Assembly: GCA_902782895.1 (NCBI GenBank)
Contig: CACZPA010000178.1
Span: 1 to 43,593, forward strand
DNA from: an uncultured Eubacteriales bacterium
GTDB lineage: Bacteria > Bacillota > Clostridia > Lachnospirales > Bianqueaceae
Length of the DNA: 43,593 nt
Reading direction: 5' to 3'
Below the pieces are notes generated by a model. The model saw only the letters and a program-made list of their open reading frames with translations. It searched no databases and was not told where the DNA came from. A program made the translations under genes and the position numbers. This document shows positions 9,038 to 19,115 of this stretch, one piece after another. The first letter of the stretch is position 1, and every line of letters begins with the position of its first letter.

Positions 9038-9061
9038 TTATAACAGAAAGGGATTATAACC

Positions 9062-9808
9062 ATGCGTAAGAAAATCGTTGCGGGTAACTGGAAGATGAAC
9101 AAGACGCCTAAGGAAGCTCTGGAGCTGATCGAGACTCTGAAGCCCCTGGTAGGCGGACAGGATAAGGTTGAAGTTGTTTTCTGCCCTCCGGCTGTGGATC
9201 TGGTGATCGCTTCCGAGGCTGTTAAGGGAACCAATATCAAGATCGGCGCGCAGAACATGTACTGCGAAGAGAGCGGTGCCTACACCGGTGAGATCTCTCC
9301 GGCGATGGTTAAGGAGAGCGGCTGCGAGTACGTTATTCTCGGACATTCCGAGCGCCGCGGTTATTTCGGTGAGACCGACGAGCTGATCAACCAGAAGGTC
9401 AAGAAGGCTTTCGAGCATGATCTGACCCCGATCATCTGCGTTGGCGAGAAGCTCTCCGAGCGCGAGCAGGGCATTACGATCGATCTGATCCGTATGCAGG
9501 TCAAGATCGCTCTGAAGGACATCGAGCCCGAGAACGTTAAGAAGACCGTTATCGCTTATGAGCCCATCTGGGCGATCGGCACCGGCAAAACCGCGACCAG
9601 CGTTCAGGCTGAGGAAGTCTGCTGCGCGATCCGTGAATGCGTCAAAGAGCTTTACGGTGAGGAAGTAGCCGATGAGATCCGTATCCAGTACGGCGGAAGC
9701 GTCAATGCAGGAAACGCGGCTGAGCTTTTCGCTATGCCCAATATCGACGGAGGTCTTGTCGGCGGAGCAAGCCTGAAGGCTGATTTTGCCAAGATCGTCA
9801 ATTACTAA
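9062..9808 (+). CDS. tpiA: Triosephosphate isomerase
   Basis: Motifs AGNWKMN, GHSERR and [10 protein letters not shown]; 248 aa. Confidence 0.95.
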   Translation: MRKKIVAGNWKMNKTPKEALELIETLKPLVGGQDKVEVVFCPPAVDLVIASEAVKGTNIKIGAQNMYCEESGAYTGEISPAMVKESGCEYVILGHSERRGYFGETDELINQKVKKAFEHDLTPIICVGEKLSEREQGITIDLIRMQVKIALKDIEPENVKKTVIAYEPIWAIGTGKTATSVQAEEVCCAIRECVKELYGEEVADEIRIQYGGSVNAGNAAELFAMPNIDGGLVGGASLKADFAKIVNY

Positions 9809-9813
9809 AGATT

Positions 9814-11235
9814 ATGCGGATCTATAATACGCTTTCCAAAACTGTCGAAGATTTTGTTCCGAACAATCCTCCGCAGGTCAAGATGTATACCTGCGGCCCG
9901 ACCGTGTACCATTACGCGCACATCGGAAACCTCCGCAGCTACATCATGGAGGATGTTCTGGAGAAATATCTTCGCTATGCCGGATATGACGTGACGCGTG
10001 TCATGAATATCACGGACGTCGGCCATCTTTCCAGCGACGGAGATACCGGCGAGGACAAGATGGTTAAGGGAGCGGAGCGTGAGCACAAAACGGTCATGGA
10101 GATCGCGGAGTTCTATACGAACGCGTTCTTTGAGGACTGCAAGAAGCTCCGCATTAAGCGCCCTGACATCGTACAGCCCGCGACAGGCTGCACGGACGAG
10201 TTCATCCAGATGATCGAGACGCTGCTCGGCAAGGGCTATGCCTATAAGGCCGGCGAAAATATCTATTTCGATACTTCCAAGGTCAGGGATTATTACTGCC
10301 TGACCGGACACAGCGCCGATAACCTGATGGTTGGCGTGCGAGATGATGTCGACGAGGATACCAATAAGCGCAACCGCGCGGATTTCGTGCTCTGGTTCAC
10401 CAAGTCCAAATTCGCGAATCAGCAGCTGAAGTGGGACAGCCCCTGGGGCGTCGGATATCCCGGCTGGCACATCGAGTGCTCCTGCATCGCCTGCAAGTAT
10501 CTGGGCGAGTATCTCGACATCCATTGCGGCGGTGTGGACAATATCTTCCCGCATCATACCAATGAGATCGCTCAGAGCGAGGCCGCTTTCGGCCATAAGT
10601 GGTGCAAGTACTGGTTCCATGTACAGCACCTGAATGAGCGCGGCGGCAAAATGAGCAAATCCAAAGGCAATATCCTGACCGTTTCCGTTCTGGAGGAGGA
10701 AGGATATGATCCGATGGTTTATCGTATGTTCTGCTTGCAGTCCCATTACCGCAAACCGCTGGAGTTCAGCTATGACGTTCTGGATAACGTCAAGACGACC
10801 TATGAGAGCCTGCTGAAGAGGATCAAAGCGCTGAAGCCCGAGGGTGAAGCGGATATGGACAAGGTTCTGGAGTACAGACAGAAATTCACCGACGCGGTCG
10901 GAGAGGATCTGAATACTTCTCTTGGCATCACGATTCTCTATGAGCTGCTCAAGGATAACGTTTCGGACGCGACCAAGGCGGAAGGTATTCGTGATTTCGA
11001 TAAGGTCCTGTCGCTCGGGCTGGCTGAGGCTTTGGAAGAAGCCGCGGCCGGAGCAGGCACAGAGGCCGGTGTGGACGCGGACCTTGCAGCATATGTCGAA
11101 GCTAAGATTCAGGAACGTCTGCAGGCCAAGGCCGCCAAGGATTACGCCAAAGCTGACGCAATCCGTAATGAACTGGCTGCTTCCGGGATCCGCCTGAAAG
11201 ATACAAAAGAGGGCACGACCTGGGAGAAGGCCTGA
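9814..11235 (+). CDS. cysS: Cysteine--tRNA ligase
   Basis: Class I signatures HIGN ([10 protein letters not shown]) and KMSKS. Length is 473 aa. It starts 5 nt after the tpiA stop. Confidence 0.95.
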   Translation: MRIYNTLSKTVEDFVPNNPPQVKMYTCGPTVYHYAHIGNLRSYIMEDVLEKYLRYAGYDVTRVMNITDVGHLSSDGDTGEDKMVKGAEREHKTVMEIAEFYTNAFFEDCKKLRIKRPDIVQPATGCTDEFIQMIETLLGKGYAYKAGENIYFDTSKVRDYYCLTGHSADNLMVGVRDDVDEDTNKRNRADFVLWFTKSKFANQQLKWDSPWGVGYPGWHIECSCIACKYLGEYLDIHCGGVDNIFPHHTNEIAQSEAAFGHKWCKYWFHVQHLNERGGKMSKSKGNILTVSVLEEEGYDPMVYRMFCLQSHYRKPLEFSYDVLDNVKTTYESLLKRIKALKPEGEADMDKVLEYRQKFTDAVGEDLNTSLGITILYELLKDNVSDATKAEGIRDFDKVLSLGLAEALEEAAAGAGTEAGVDADLAAYVEAKIQERLQAKAAKDYAKADAIRNELAASGIRLKDTKEGTTWEKA

Positions 11236-11254
11236 TTTTAAGAAGGAGACCGTT

Positions 11255-12337
11255 ATGAAAGATTTCAGGGTAGGGATCATCGGAGCTACGGGTATGGTCG
11301 GACAGCGCTTCGCGACGCTGCTCGAGAATCATCCGTGGTTCCACGTTACAGCGCTTGCCGCGTCCGAGAGGAGTGCCGGCAAGACATATGAAGAGGCAGT
11401 AGGCAGCCGCTGGGCGCTGAATGTGCCCATGCCGGAATCCATGAAGAAGCTGCCGGTTTACGATGCGGAAGCCGATCTCGATAAGATGAAAGAGCTGGTC
11501 GATTTTGTTTTCTGCGCGGTAAATCTGCCGAAGGCCGAGGTTAAGGCTCTCGAGGAGATGTACGCGAAGGCGGAGATCCCCGTGATCTCCAACAATTCCG
11601 CGAACCGCGGGATGCCGGATGTACCGATGATCGTTCCTGAGCTTAATCCGGAGCACGCGGACGTTATCCCGACGCAGAGGAAGAGACTCGGAACCAAGAG
11701 AGGCTTTATCGCGGTTAAATCCAACTGCTCGCTGCAGTGCTATGTACCGTTGCTTTCTCCGCTGCGTGAACTGTACGGACTGAACAAGGTTCTCGTCTGC
11801 ACGTATCAGGCGATTTCCGGTGCCGGCAAGACATTTGAGCGCTGGCCGGAGATGGTCGACAACCTGATCCCGTACATCGGCGGAGAGGAAGAGAAGAGCG
11901 AACAGGAGCCCATGAAGCTGTGGGGCAAGGTGGTCGACGGCGTGATCGTGAACGCTGAGCGTCCGCTGATCACGGCACAATGCCTGCGCGTTCCGGTAAC
12001 GGACGGCCATACGGCCGCTGTTTTCGCGTCCTTTGATAAGAAGCCCGATATCGAAGAGATCAAGAAGATCTGGGATTCCTATACGAGCATCGCGCAGGAG
12101 GCAGGACTTCCTTCCGCTCCCAAGAAATTCATTCATTACTTTGAAGAGAACGATCAGCCGCAGATCAAGACCGCCAGAGACCTCGAAGGCGGCATGGCGA
12201 TCTCGGCCGGACGTCTGCGTCCCGATACGCAGTATGATATCAAATTTATCGGAATGGCGCACAATACGCTGCGCGGAGCGGCCGGCGGCGCTGTCGAGAT
12301 GGCAGAGCTGATGGCTGTGAAGGGGTATCTGGATTGA
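11255..12337 (+). CDS. asd: Aspartate-semialdehyde dehydrogenase
   Basis: N-terminal Rossmann motif IIGATGMVGQRF, active-site region KSNCSLQC, and RBS AAGGAG upstream. Confidence 0.9.
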   Translation: MKDFRVGIIGATGMVGQRFATLLENHPWFHVTALAASERSAGKTYEEAVGSRWALNVPMPESMKKLPVYDAEADLDKMKELVDFVFCAVNLPKAEVKALEEMYAKAEIPVISNNSANRGMPDVPMIVPELNPEHADVIPTQRKRLGTKRGFIAVKSNCSLQCYVPLLSPLRELYGLNKVLVCTYQAISGAGKTFERWPEMVDNLIPYIGGEEEKSEQEPMKLWGKVVDGVIVNAERPLITAQCLRVPVTDGHTAAVFASFDKKPDIEEIKKIWDSYTSIAQEAGLPSAPKKFIHYFEENDQPQIKTARDLEGGMAISAGRLRPDTQYDIKFIGMAHNTLRGAAGGAVEMAELMAVKGYLD

Positions 12338-13719
12338 GCAGACAAGGCAGTCAGATGGATCTGTTCAGCGACGCGGAGACAGAGCCGGCGAGACCCTTGA
12401 GTGCTCCGCTTGCGAGCCGCCTGCGTCCGGAGACACTCGCGGATTATGTCGGGCAGACGCATCTGGTCGGCCCGGGCAAGATCCTTGAGCAGCTGATCCG
12501 GAACGACCGGATTTCTTCGATGATCTTCTGGGGGCCTCCGGGAGTCGGTAAAACGACGCTCGCGCGGATCATCGCACACGAGACGAAAGCGGATTTTGTC
12601 GAGTTTTCGGCTGTCACGAGCGGGATCAAAGAGATCAAAGAGGTCATGAGCCAGGCGGAATCCAACCGCAGGGCAGGCCGCAGGACGATCCTTTTCTGCG
12701 ACGAAATTCATCGCTTCAATAAAGCGCAGCAGGACGCTTTTCTGCCGTATGTGGAGAAGGGAAGCATCATCCTGATCGGCGCGACGACTGAAAATCCTTC
12801 CTTTGAGATCAATTCCGCTCTGCTGTCGCGGTGCAAGGTCTTTATCCTCAAGGAACTGGGAGAAGAGGACCTTGTGAAGCTGCTGCGGCACGCAGTGCAG
12901 GATCCGAAGGGCTACGGCGAGATGGACGTCCAGATCACAGACGACCAGCTCGGGGTGATCGCGAGATTCGCGAACGGCGATGCCAGAACAGCGCTGAATA
13001 CGCTGGAGATGGCTGTGCAGAATACACAGCTGGACGCGGAAGCGCGGATCGTGGTTACGGATGATATCCTGTCCGAGTGCATGAACCGCAGATCCCTTCT
13101 TTATGATAAGAAGGGGGAGGAGCATTACAATCTGATCTCCGCACTGCATAAATCCATGCGCAATTCGGATCCGGACGCCGCGGTCTACTGGATGTACCGG
13201 ATGATCGACGGCGGTGAGGATCCATTGTACATCGCCAGAAGGATCGTACGTTTCGCGAGCGAAGACGTCGGCATGGCGGATTCCAACGCGCTGAATGTCG
13301 CGGTCAATTGTTATCAGGCCTGTCATTTTCTGGGGCTCCCGGAGTGTGACGTGCATCTGGCGCACGCGGTTGTCTATATGGCGCTTGCGCCCAAGTCCAA
13401 CGCTCTGGATGTCGCCTGTCTGCGCGCAAGAGAGGATATCGCGGCATCGCCGGCCGAGCCGGTGCCGCTGCAGATCCGCAACGCGCCGACACAGCTGATG
13501 AAGAACGCGGGTTACGGCGCGGGTTATATCTACGCGCACGATACGGAGGAGAAGATTTCCTCCATGCAGTGCCTGCCCGATGCGCTTGTCGGCCGCCGTT
13601 ATTACGAACCGGCCGGACAGGGACAGGAAAAATACCTGAAACAAAGGCTGGAAGAAATCATTGCCTGGAAGTCGGAACATCCTTTGCCCGGACTTCAGGC
13701 AGAAACAAAGAAAGGGTGA
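12334..13719 (+). CDS. rarA: Replication-associated recombination protein A (AAA+ ATPase RarA/MgsA)
   Basis: Walker A GPPGVGKTT, Walker B ILFCDEIHRF, and the MgsA C-terminal blocks (LHKSMRNSDPDAA, YAHD). The track start is a TTG overlapping the asd stop; the ATG at 12355 is an alternative start. Confidence 0.9.
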   Translation: MSRQGSQMDLFSDAETEPARPLSAPLASRLRPETLADYVGQTHLVGPGKILEQLIRNDRISSMIFWGPPGVGKTTLARIIAHETKADFVEFSAVTSGIKEIKEVMSQAESNRRAGRRTILFCDEIHRFNKAQQDAFLPYVEKGSIILIGATTENPSFEINSALLSRCKVFILKELGEEDLVKLLRHAVQDPKGYGEMDVQITDDQLGVIARFANGDARTALNTLEMAVQNTQLDAEARIVVTDDILSECMNRRSLLYDKKGEEHYNLISALHKSMRNSDPDAAVYWMYRMIDGGEDPLYIARRIVRFASEDVGMADSNALNVAVNCYQACHFLGLPECDVHLAHAVVYMALAPKSNALDVACLRAREDIAASPAEPVPLQIRNAPTQLMKNAGYGAGYIYAHDTEEKISSMQCLPDALVGRRYYEPAGQGQEKYLKQRLEEIIAWKSEHPLPGLQAETKKG

Positions 13720-13723
13720 AGAG

Positions 13724-13987
13724 ATGGTAGAACAGAGCATCGAATTCCGTTATGACACGCAGCTGCTCCTGGAAGGCGAGAACCTCGACGAGGACGATAT
13801 CCGGGACTATATCATGGAACACTTTGAAGGCGACTGTCTGCTTGTCGTCGGAGATGAGGACCTGATCAAGCTGCATTTCCATACGAACAGACCCTGGGAG
13901 ATCCTGGAGTATATGCGTTCGATGGGTGAGATCTATGACATTGTTGTGGAAGACATGGACCGTCAGTCCAGAGGATTAAAAGGTTAA
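13724..13987 (+). CDS. Small stand-alone protein resembling the central domain of YloV/FakA-type DAK2-fusion kinases
   Basis: Start set to the ATG at 13724 (RBS AAAGGGTGA); the track start at 13661 overlaps rarA. The block GDCLLVVGDEDLIKLHFHTNRPWEILEYMRSMGEIYDIVVEDMDRQ resembles the GDS-LLVV-D---KVH-HT--PG...IKIENM--Q block of YloV, as I recall it from memory. Confidence 0.6.
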   Translation: MVEQSIEFRYDTQLLLEGENLDEDDIRDYIMEHFEGDCLLVVGDEDLIKLHFHTNRPWEILEYMRSMGEIYDIVVEDMDRQSRGLKG

Positions 13988-14003
13988 GGAGGAATTTAAC
14001 AAG

Positions 14004-16046
14004 ATGGAACAGATGAAGAGTGCGGTGCCGAACCTGGCATCCAAACTTGACAGAATCGGAAACAAGACCGCGGAAGGCGAGAAGACGATCAATTCGATCC
14101 GTGTTCTTTCCGCAGAAGCAATTCAGAAGGCCAACAGCGGCCATCCCGGACTTCCTCTGGGAGCGGCTCCTGCGGCGTACGCGCTGTGGCAGTATGAACT
14201 GAAGTGCAATCCCAATAACCCTGAATGGAAGGACAGAGACCGTTTCGTTCTTTCCGCCGGCCACGGCAGCATGCTTCTTTACAGTCTGCTGCATCTGTAC
14301 GGATATGGACTGACCATCGAGGATCTGAAGGGATTCCGTCAGTTCCATACTCTGACCCCGGGACATCCCGAATACCGTCACACCAAGGGCGTTGAGATTT
14401 CCACCGGACCTCTGGGACAGGGTATCTCCAGCGCGGTTGGTATGGCACTGGCTGAGAAGCATCTGGCAGCTGTTTTCAACAAAGAGGGATATCCTGTTGT
14501 TGATCACAGAACCTATGCGCTCGTCGGCGACGGATGCCTGATGGAAGGTATCTCCGGTGAGGCTTCCTCTCTTGCGGGGACATGGAAGCTCGGCAAACTG
14601 ACCGTTCTGTATGATTCCAATGGAATCAGCATCGAAGGAAGCACCGACATCGCTTTCACAGAGGATGTCGCGAAGCGTTATGAAGCTTACGGATGGCAGG
14701 TCATCGACAATCCGGACGGCAACGACGTAGATGCGATCTACGCTGCTCTGAAGGAAGCCGAGAAGGATACCGAGCGCCCGACACTGATCATCAACCACAC
14801 GATCATCGGATACGGCTGCGATGCCAAGCAGGGCACAGCGGCTGTACACGGCGCGCCTCTGGGCGAGGACAATGTCAAGGCCATGAAGGAGAAGTTCGGC
14901 TGGCCGGTTGACAAGGATTTCTATGTTCCGGAAGAAGTTTACGAGAACACCAAGAAAGCCATCGACTGCAGCGCGGCTGCAGAAGAGAAGTGGAACGCGA
15001 TGTTCGCGGAGTACTGCGAGAAGTATCCGGAAATGGCCAAGAAGTGGAATGACTACTTCGAGGGCAACGGCTACAATCCGTGGGAAGATGAAGAGCTCTT
15101 CACCAAGCCTGAGAAGGATCTTGCGACCCGTCAGACTTCCAACATGGCTCTGAATATCCTATGCACCAAGATCCCGAACATGTTCGGCGGATCCGCGGAC
15201 CTTTCTCCGTCCAACCTGACGATCATGAAGAACCGCGAGTATTTTTCTCCGGAGAATCCGAGCGGCGCGAATGTACACTTTGGCGTACGTGAACATGCGA
15301 TGGCCGCGATCACCAATGGTGTAGCGCTGCATGGCGGACTGTTCCCGTACTGCGCGACCTTCTTCGTATTCTCTGATTATATGAAGCACAGCATGCGTCT
15401 TGCGGCGATGATGAAGCTGCGTGTTCTGTATGTTCTGACACATGACTCCATCGGCGTCGGCGAAGACGGACCGACCCATGAGCCTGTTGAGCAGCTGGCG
15501 ATGCTTCGTTCCATCCCGGGCATGACGGTTATCCGTCCCGCGGATTACGGCGAGACCGCGGCGGCTTACGCTTTCGCGGCTACGCATGAAGGACCGACCG
15601 CTATCGTTCTGACCCGTCAGGGACTGCCGCAGCTGGCAGAGACCGGCAAGGACGCCTGCCGCGGCGGATATATCCTGCGTGATAGCAAGAAGGAAGTTCC
15701 GGACATACTGCTGATCGGTACCGGTTCCGAAGTCAAGCTTTGCTATGAGGCTTATGACGAGCTGCAGAAGGAAGGCATCGACGCTCGCGTAGTCAGCATG
15801 CCGTCCTTTGAACTGTTCGACGCGCAGGATGAAGCTTACAAAGAGAGCGTTCTTCCGAAGGCTTGCCGCAAGAGACTGGGCGTTGAGGCTGCTTCTCCTC
15901 TTGGATGGGGCAAGTACATCGGCCTGGACGGCAAGACCATCACGATGGATACTTTCGGCGTATGCGGACCGTACAAGGTAGTATTCCCGGCATTCGGATA
16001 TACCACCGAGAACGTCGTTGAGACAGCTAAGAGTCTTCTGAAATAA
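14004..16046 (+). CDS. tkt: Transketolase
   Basis: Motifs KANSGHPG and GDGCLMEGI (ThDP motif region) plus the C-terminal transketolase blocks. Length is 680 aa. RBS AAGGAGG upstream. Confidence 0.95.
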   Translation: MEQMKSAVPNLASKLDRIGNKTAEGEKTINSIRVLSAEAIQKANSGHPGLPLGAAPAAYALWQYELKCNPNNPEWKDRDRFVLSAGHGSMLLYSLLHLYGYGLTIEDLKGFRQFHTLTPGHPEYRHTKGVEISTGPLGQGISSAVGMALAEKHLAAVFNKEGYPVVDHRTYALVGDGCLMEGISGEASSLAGTWKLGKLTVLYDSNGISIEGSTDIAFTEDVAKRYEAYGWQVIDNPDGNDVDAIYAALKEAEKDTERPTLIINHTIIGYGCDAKQGTAAVHGAPLGEDNVKAMKEKFGWPVDKDFYVPEEVYENTKKAIDCSAAAEEKWNAMFAEYCEKYPEMAKKWNDYFEGNGYNPWEDEELFTKPEKDLATRQTSNMALNILCTKIPNMFGGSADLSPSNLTIMKNREYFSPENPSGANVHFGVREHAMAAITNGVALHGGLFPYCATFFVFSDYMKHSMRLAAMMKLRVLYVLTHDSIGVGEDGPTHEPVEQLAMLRSIPGMTVIRPADYGETAAAYAFAATHEGPTAIVLTRQGLPQLAETGKDACRGGYILRDSKKEVPDILLIGTGSEVKLCYEAYDELQKEGIDARVVSMPSFELFDAQDEAYKESVLPKACRKRLGVEAASPLGWGKYIGLDGKTITMDTFGVCGPYKVVFPAFGYTTENVVETAKSLLK

Positions 16047-16069
16047 ACTATTTCCGGGGGTATTTATAA

Positions 16070-17518
16070 ATGTTCGACGTTGCAATCATCGGAGCCGGTG
16101 TGATCGGTGCGATGACAGCCAGAGAGCTTTCCCGTTACCAGCTGAAAGTTGTGATCCTGGAGAAGGAGAACGACGTCGCCATGGGAACGACCAAAGCCAA
16201 CAGCGCTATCGTCCACGCCGGCTTCGACGCCGAACCCGGAACGCTCAAGGCAAAACTGAACGTTGCCGGATCGGAGCAGATGGAAGAGATCTGTCAGGAG
16301 CTCGGCGTGAAATACCGCCGCAACGGATCTCTTGTTGTGGCATACAGTGAAGAGGACATGCCGAAAGTACAGGAACTGTACGACCGCGGCATCGCGAACG
16401 GCGTCAAGGAGCTTTCCATCGTCGGTAAAGACGAGCTGAAAGCACTCGAGCCGTCCCTGTCCGATACGGCAGTCGGCGCGCTTTACGCGAAGACCGGCGC
16501 GATCGTATGCCCTTATGAGCTGAACATCGCATCCGTCGGCAACGCGATGGATAACGGTGTCGGGCTGATGCTCAACTATGAAGTCAAAGCGATCGATGCT
16601 GTGGAGGACGGGTATGTGATCCATGGCAGCGGCGAGGACGTCAAGGCGCGTTTTGTTGTGAACGCGGCAGGCGTTTATTCCGATAAGATCGCGGAGATGG
16701 TCGGGGATCATTCCTTTACGATCACTCCGCGCAAGGGCGAATATATGCTGCTCGATCATGACTGCGTCGGAGACATCACGCACACGATCTTCAATGTGCC
16801 GACCAAGATGGGCAAGGGTATCCTTGTATCTCCGACAGTCGACAATAACCTGCTGCTCGGGCCCACGGCCGTGAATCAGGAAGACCGCGACGATAAGAAT
16901 ACGACTCCGGACGGACTGGCCATGGTAGAGAGCAACGCGCACAAGGTAATTCCGAATATCAATACACGTGGAGTAATCACGCAGTTCGCGGGACTCCGTG
17001 CGGTCGGCAATACCGGAGATTATATTCTGACCAGTCCCCGCAAGGGCTTCTGGAACGCGGGCGGCGTGGAGAGTCCGGGACTGTCCAGCGCGCCGGCCAT
17101 CGCGCAGTATCTGGTAGAACGGATGGCAGAGGAAGGCCTTGCACTGATTCCGGATGAGACATTCAATCCCTGCCGTAAAGCTCTTCACAAATTCTCCGAG
17201 ATGACGATGGAAGAGAAAAACGAAGTCATCAAAAAGAATCCGCTGTACGGTCATATCGTGTGCCGCTGTGAGACGATCAGCGAAGGCGAGATCGTAGACG
17301 CGATCCATATGAATCCTCCCGCGAGGGACGTTGACGCCGTGAAAAGACGCACACGCGCCGGTATGGGACGCTGCCAGGGCGGTTTCTGCGGCCCGATGGT
17401 AACGGAGATTCTCGCGAGAGAATGGAAGATTCCGATGGAGCAGGTAACGAAGTTCGGCAGAGAGTCCTATCTGAACTACGGAAAGACCCGGGAGGTGACA
17501 AGCCATGACGAAGGTTGA
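16070..17518 (+). CDS. FAD-dependent oxidoreductase (glycerol-3-phosphate dehydrogenase/oxidase-like DAO family) with a C-terminal BFD-like [2Fe-2S] domain
   Basis: N-terminal dinucleotide fold FDVAIIGAGVIGA. The C-terminal Cys pattern is CRCETISEGEI...RAGMGRCQGGFC. Confidence 0.8.
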   Translation: MFDVAIIGAGVIGAMTARELSRYQLKVVILEKENDVAMGTTKANSAIVHAGFDAEPGTLKAKLNVAGSEQMEEICQELGVKYRRNGSLVVAYSEEDMPKVQELYDRGIANGVKELSIVGKDELKALEPSLSDTAVGALYAKTGAIVCPYELNIASVGNAMDNGVGLMLNYEVKAIDAVEDGYVIHGSGEDVKARFVVNAAGVYSDKIAEMVGDHSFTITPRKGEYMLLDHDCVGDITHTIFNVPTKMGKGILVSPTVDNNLLLGPTAVNQEDRDDKNTTPDGLAMVESNAHKVIPNINTRGVITQFAGLRAVGNTGDYILTSPRKGFWNAGGVESPGLSSAPAIAQYLVERMAEEGLALIPDETFNPCRKALHKFSEMTMEEKNEVIKKNPLYGHIVCRCETISEGEIVDAIHMNPPARDVDAVKRRTRAGMGRCQGGFCGPMVTEILAREWKIPMEQVTKFGRESYLNYGKTREVTSHDEG

Positions 17519-18755
17519 TCTTGTCGTTATCGGTGGAGGCCCTGCCGGAATGGGAGCCGCTGTAGCGGCTTATGACGCCGGAGTGCGGGATATTCTGGTT
17601 CTGGAGAGAGACGTAAGACTCGGAGGAATCCTGGAGCAGTGCATCCATAACGGATTCGGACTGCACCGTTTCAACGAGCAGCTGACCGGCCCGGAGTACG
17701 CGTGGCGTTTTGAGAAGGAACTGCATGCGCGCAATATCGCGTACCGCCTGAATACAATGGTTCTGGATATCACAGAGGATAAAGTCGTTACGGCGATGAA
17801 TTCCGAAGAAGGTGTTTTCCAGATTCAGGCCGGTGCTGTGATTCTGGCGATGGGCTGCCGGGAGAGACCGCGCGGCGCTCTGAATACGCCCGGCGCGCGT
17901 CCCGCCGGTATCTACACAGCCGGTACCGCGCAGAGATACATCAATATTATGGGCTATATGCCCGGTAAAAAGGTCGTTATCCTGGGTTCCGGAGACATCG
18001 GACTGATCATGGCCCGCCGCATGACGTGGGAAGGCGCTGAGGTCAAGATGGTTCTGGAGCTGATGCCGTATTCGGGCGGATTGACCCGTAATATCGTGCA
18101 GTGTCTGCAGGATAACAATATTCCACTGCTGCTGTCCCATACCATCGTTGATATTCACGGTAAGGACAGAGTTACGGGCGTAACGATCGCGGAAGTCGAT
18201 GAGAACCGCCGTCCCAAAATGGAGACAGCGCAGGAAGTCGAGTGCGATACGATCCTGCTGTCGGTTGGACTGCTTCCGGAGAACGAGCTGACCAAGAAGG
18301 CGAATGTTCCGTTGGACCGCCTGACGAACGGAGCCTATGTCGATCAGCGCAGAATGACGGAGATTCCCGGTATTTTTGCCTGCGGAAATGTCCTGCATGT
18401 GCATGATCTGGTCGATTACGTTAATGAAGAGGCCGATATCGCCGGTCAGGGAGCCGCTCAGTATCTGAAGGACGGAGCGGAGGATACCGCGAAGATCACG
18501 GTCAAGCCCGGCAATGGCGTGCGTTACACGCTTCCGCAGCGGATCAGCGCTGTGGAGAAGACAACCGTTTTCTTCCGCGTTACGGACGTGCATAAGGCTG
18601 TAAAAGTCAATGTTAAGAACGACGAAGGGACAGTTCTGCTTTCCAGACGCCGTCCGCGTGTAGCACCCGGTGAGATGGAGACAGTAGTTCTGACAGAAAA
18701 GATTCTTGCGGAGAATGTCGGCAAGACGATCTCTGTCGAGCTGGAGGAGGTGTAA
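17505..18755 (+). CDS. NAD(P)/FAD-dependent pyridine-nucleotide-disulfide-family oxidoreductase
   Basis: Two Rossmann motifs (LVVIGGGPAGMGAA and VVILGSGDIGLIMA) plus ACGNV near the C-terminal part. It overlaps the upstream gene by 14 nt. Confidence 0.8.
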   Translation: MTKVDLVVIGGGPAGMGAAVAAYDAGVRDILVLERDVRLGGILEQCIHNGFGLHRFNEQLTGPEYAWRFEKELHARNIAYRLNTMVLDITEDKVVTAMNSEEGVFQIQAGAVILAMGCRERPRGALNTPGARPAGIYTAGTAQRYINIMGYMPGKKVVILGSGDIGLIMARRMTWEGAEVKMVLELMPYSGGLTRNIVQCLQDNNIPLLLSHTIVDIHGKDRVTGVTIAEVDENRRPKMETAQEVECDTILLSVGLLPENELTKKANVPLDRLTNGAYVDQRRMTEIPGIFACGNVLHVHDLVDYVNEEADIAGQGAAQYLKDGAEDTAKITVKPGNGVRYTLPQRISAVEKTTVFFRVTDVHKAVKVNVKNDEGTVLLSRRRPRVAPGEMETVVLTEKILAENVGKTISVELEEV

Positions 18756-18758
18756 GAC

Positions 18759-19115
18759 ATGGAACAGAGAGAAATCATCTGTACAACCTGCCCGATGGGA
18801 TGCCATGTTACCGTCACGATGGAGGACGGAAAGATCCTCGATGTGAAGGGCAACACCTGTCCGCGCGGAGACGCATATGCCCGTCAGGAAGTGACGGATC
18901 CCCGCCGTGTCATTACGACGACGATCGGTCTGACAGACGGCAATGTGCTTCCGGTTAAATCCGACAACGCGGTCTCCAAGAACCGTATTCCGGAATTCAT
19001 GCAGAAGATCCATCATGTCGCGGTTAAACCTCCTGTTCAGATCGGGGATGTACTGATCCCGGATATCGACGGAGAGGGCAATAATATCGTAGCTACACAG
19101 AACGCAACCGCATGA
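18759..19115 (+). CDS. DUF1667 domain protein (small Cys-rich partner of the two oxidoreductases)
   Basis: 118 aa with motifs CTTCPMGC and GNTCPRG. It starts 3 nt after the preceding stop. Confidence 0.8.
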   Translation: MEQREIICTTCPMGCHVTVTMEDGKILDVKGNTCPRGDAYARQEVTDPRRVITTTIGLTDGNVLPVKSDNAVSKNRIPEFMQKIHHVAVKPPVQIGDVLIPDIDGEGNNIVATQNATA

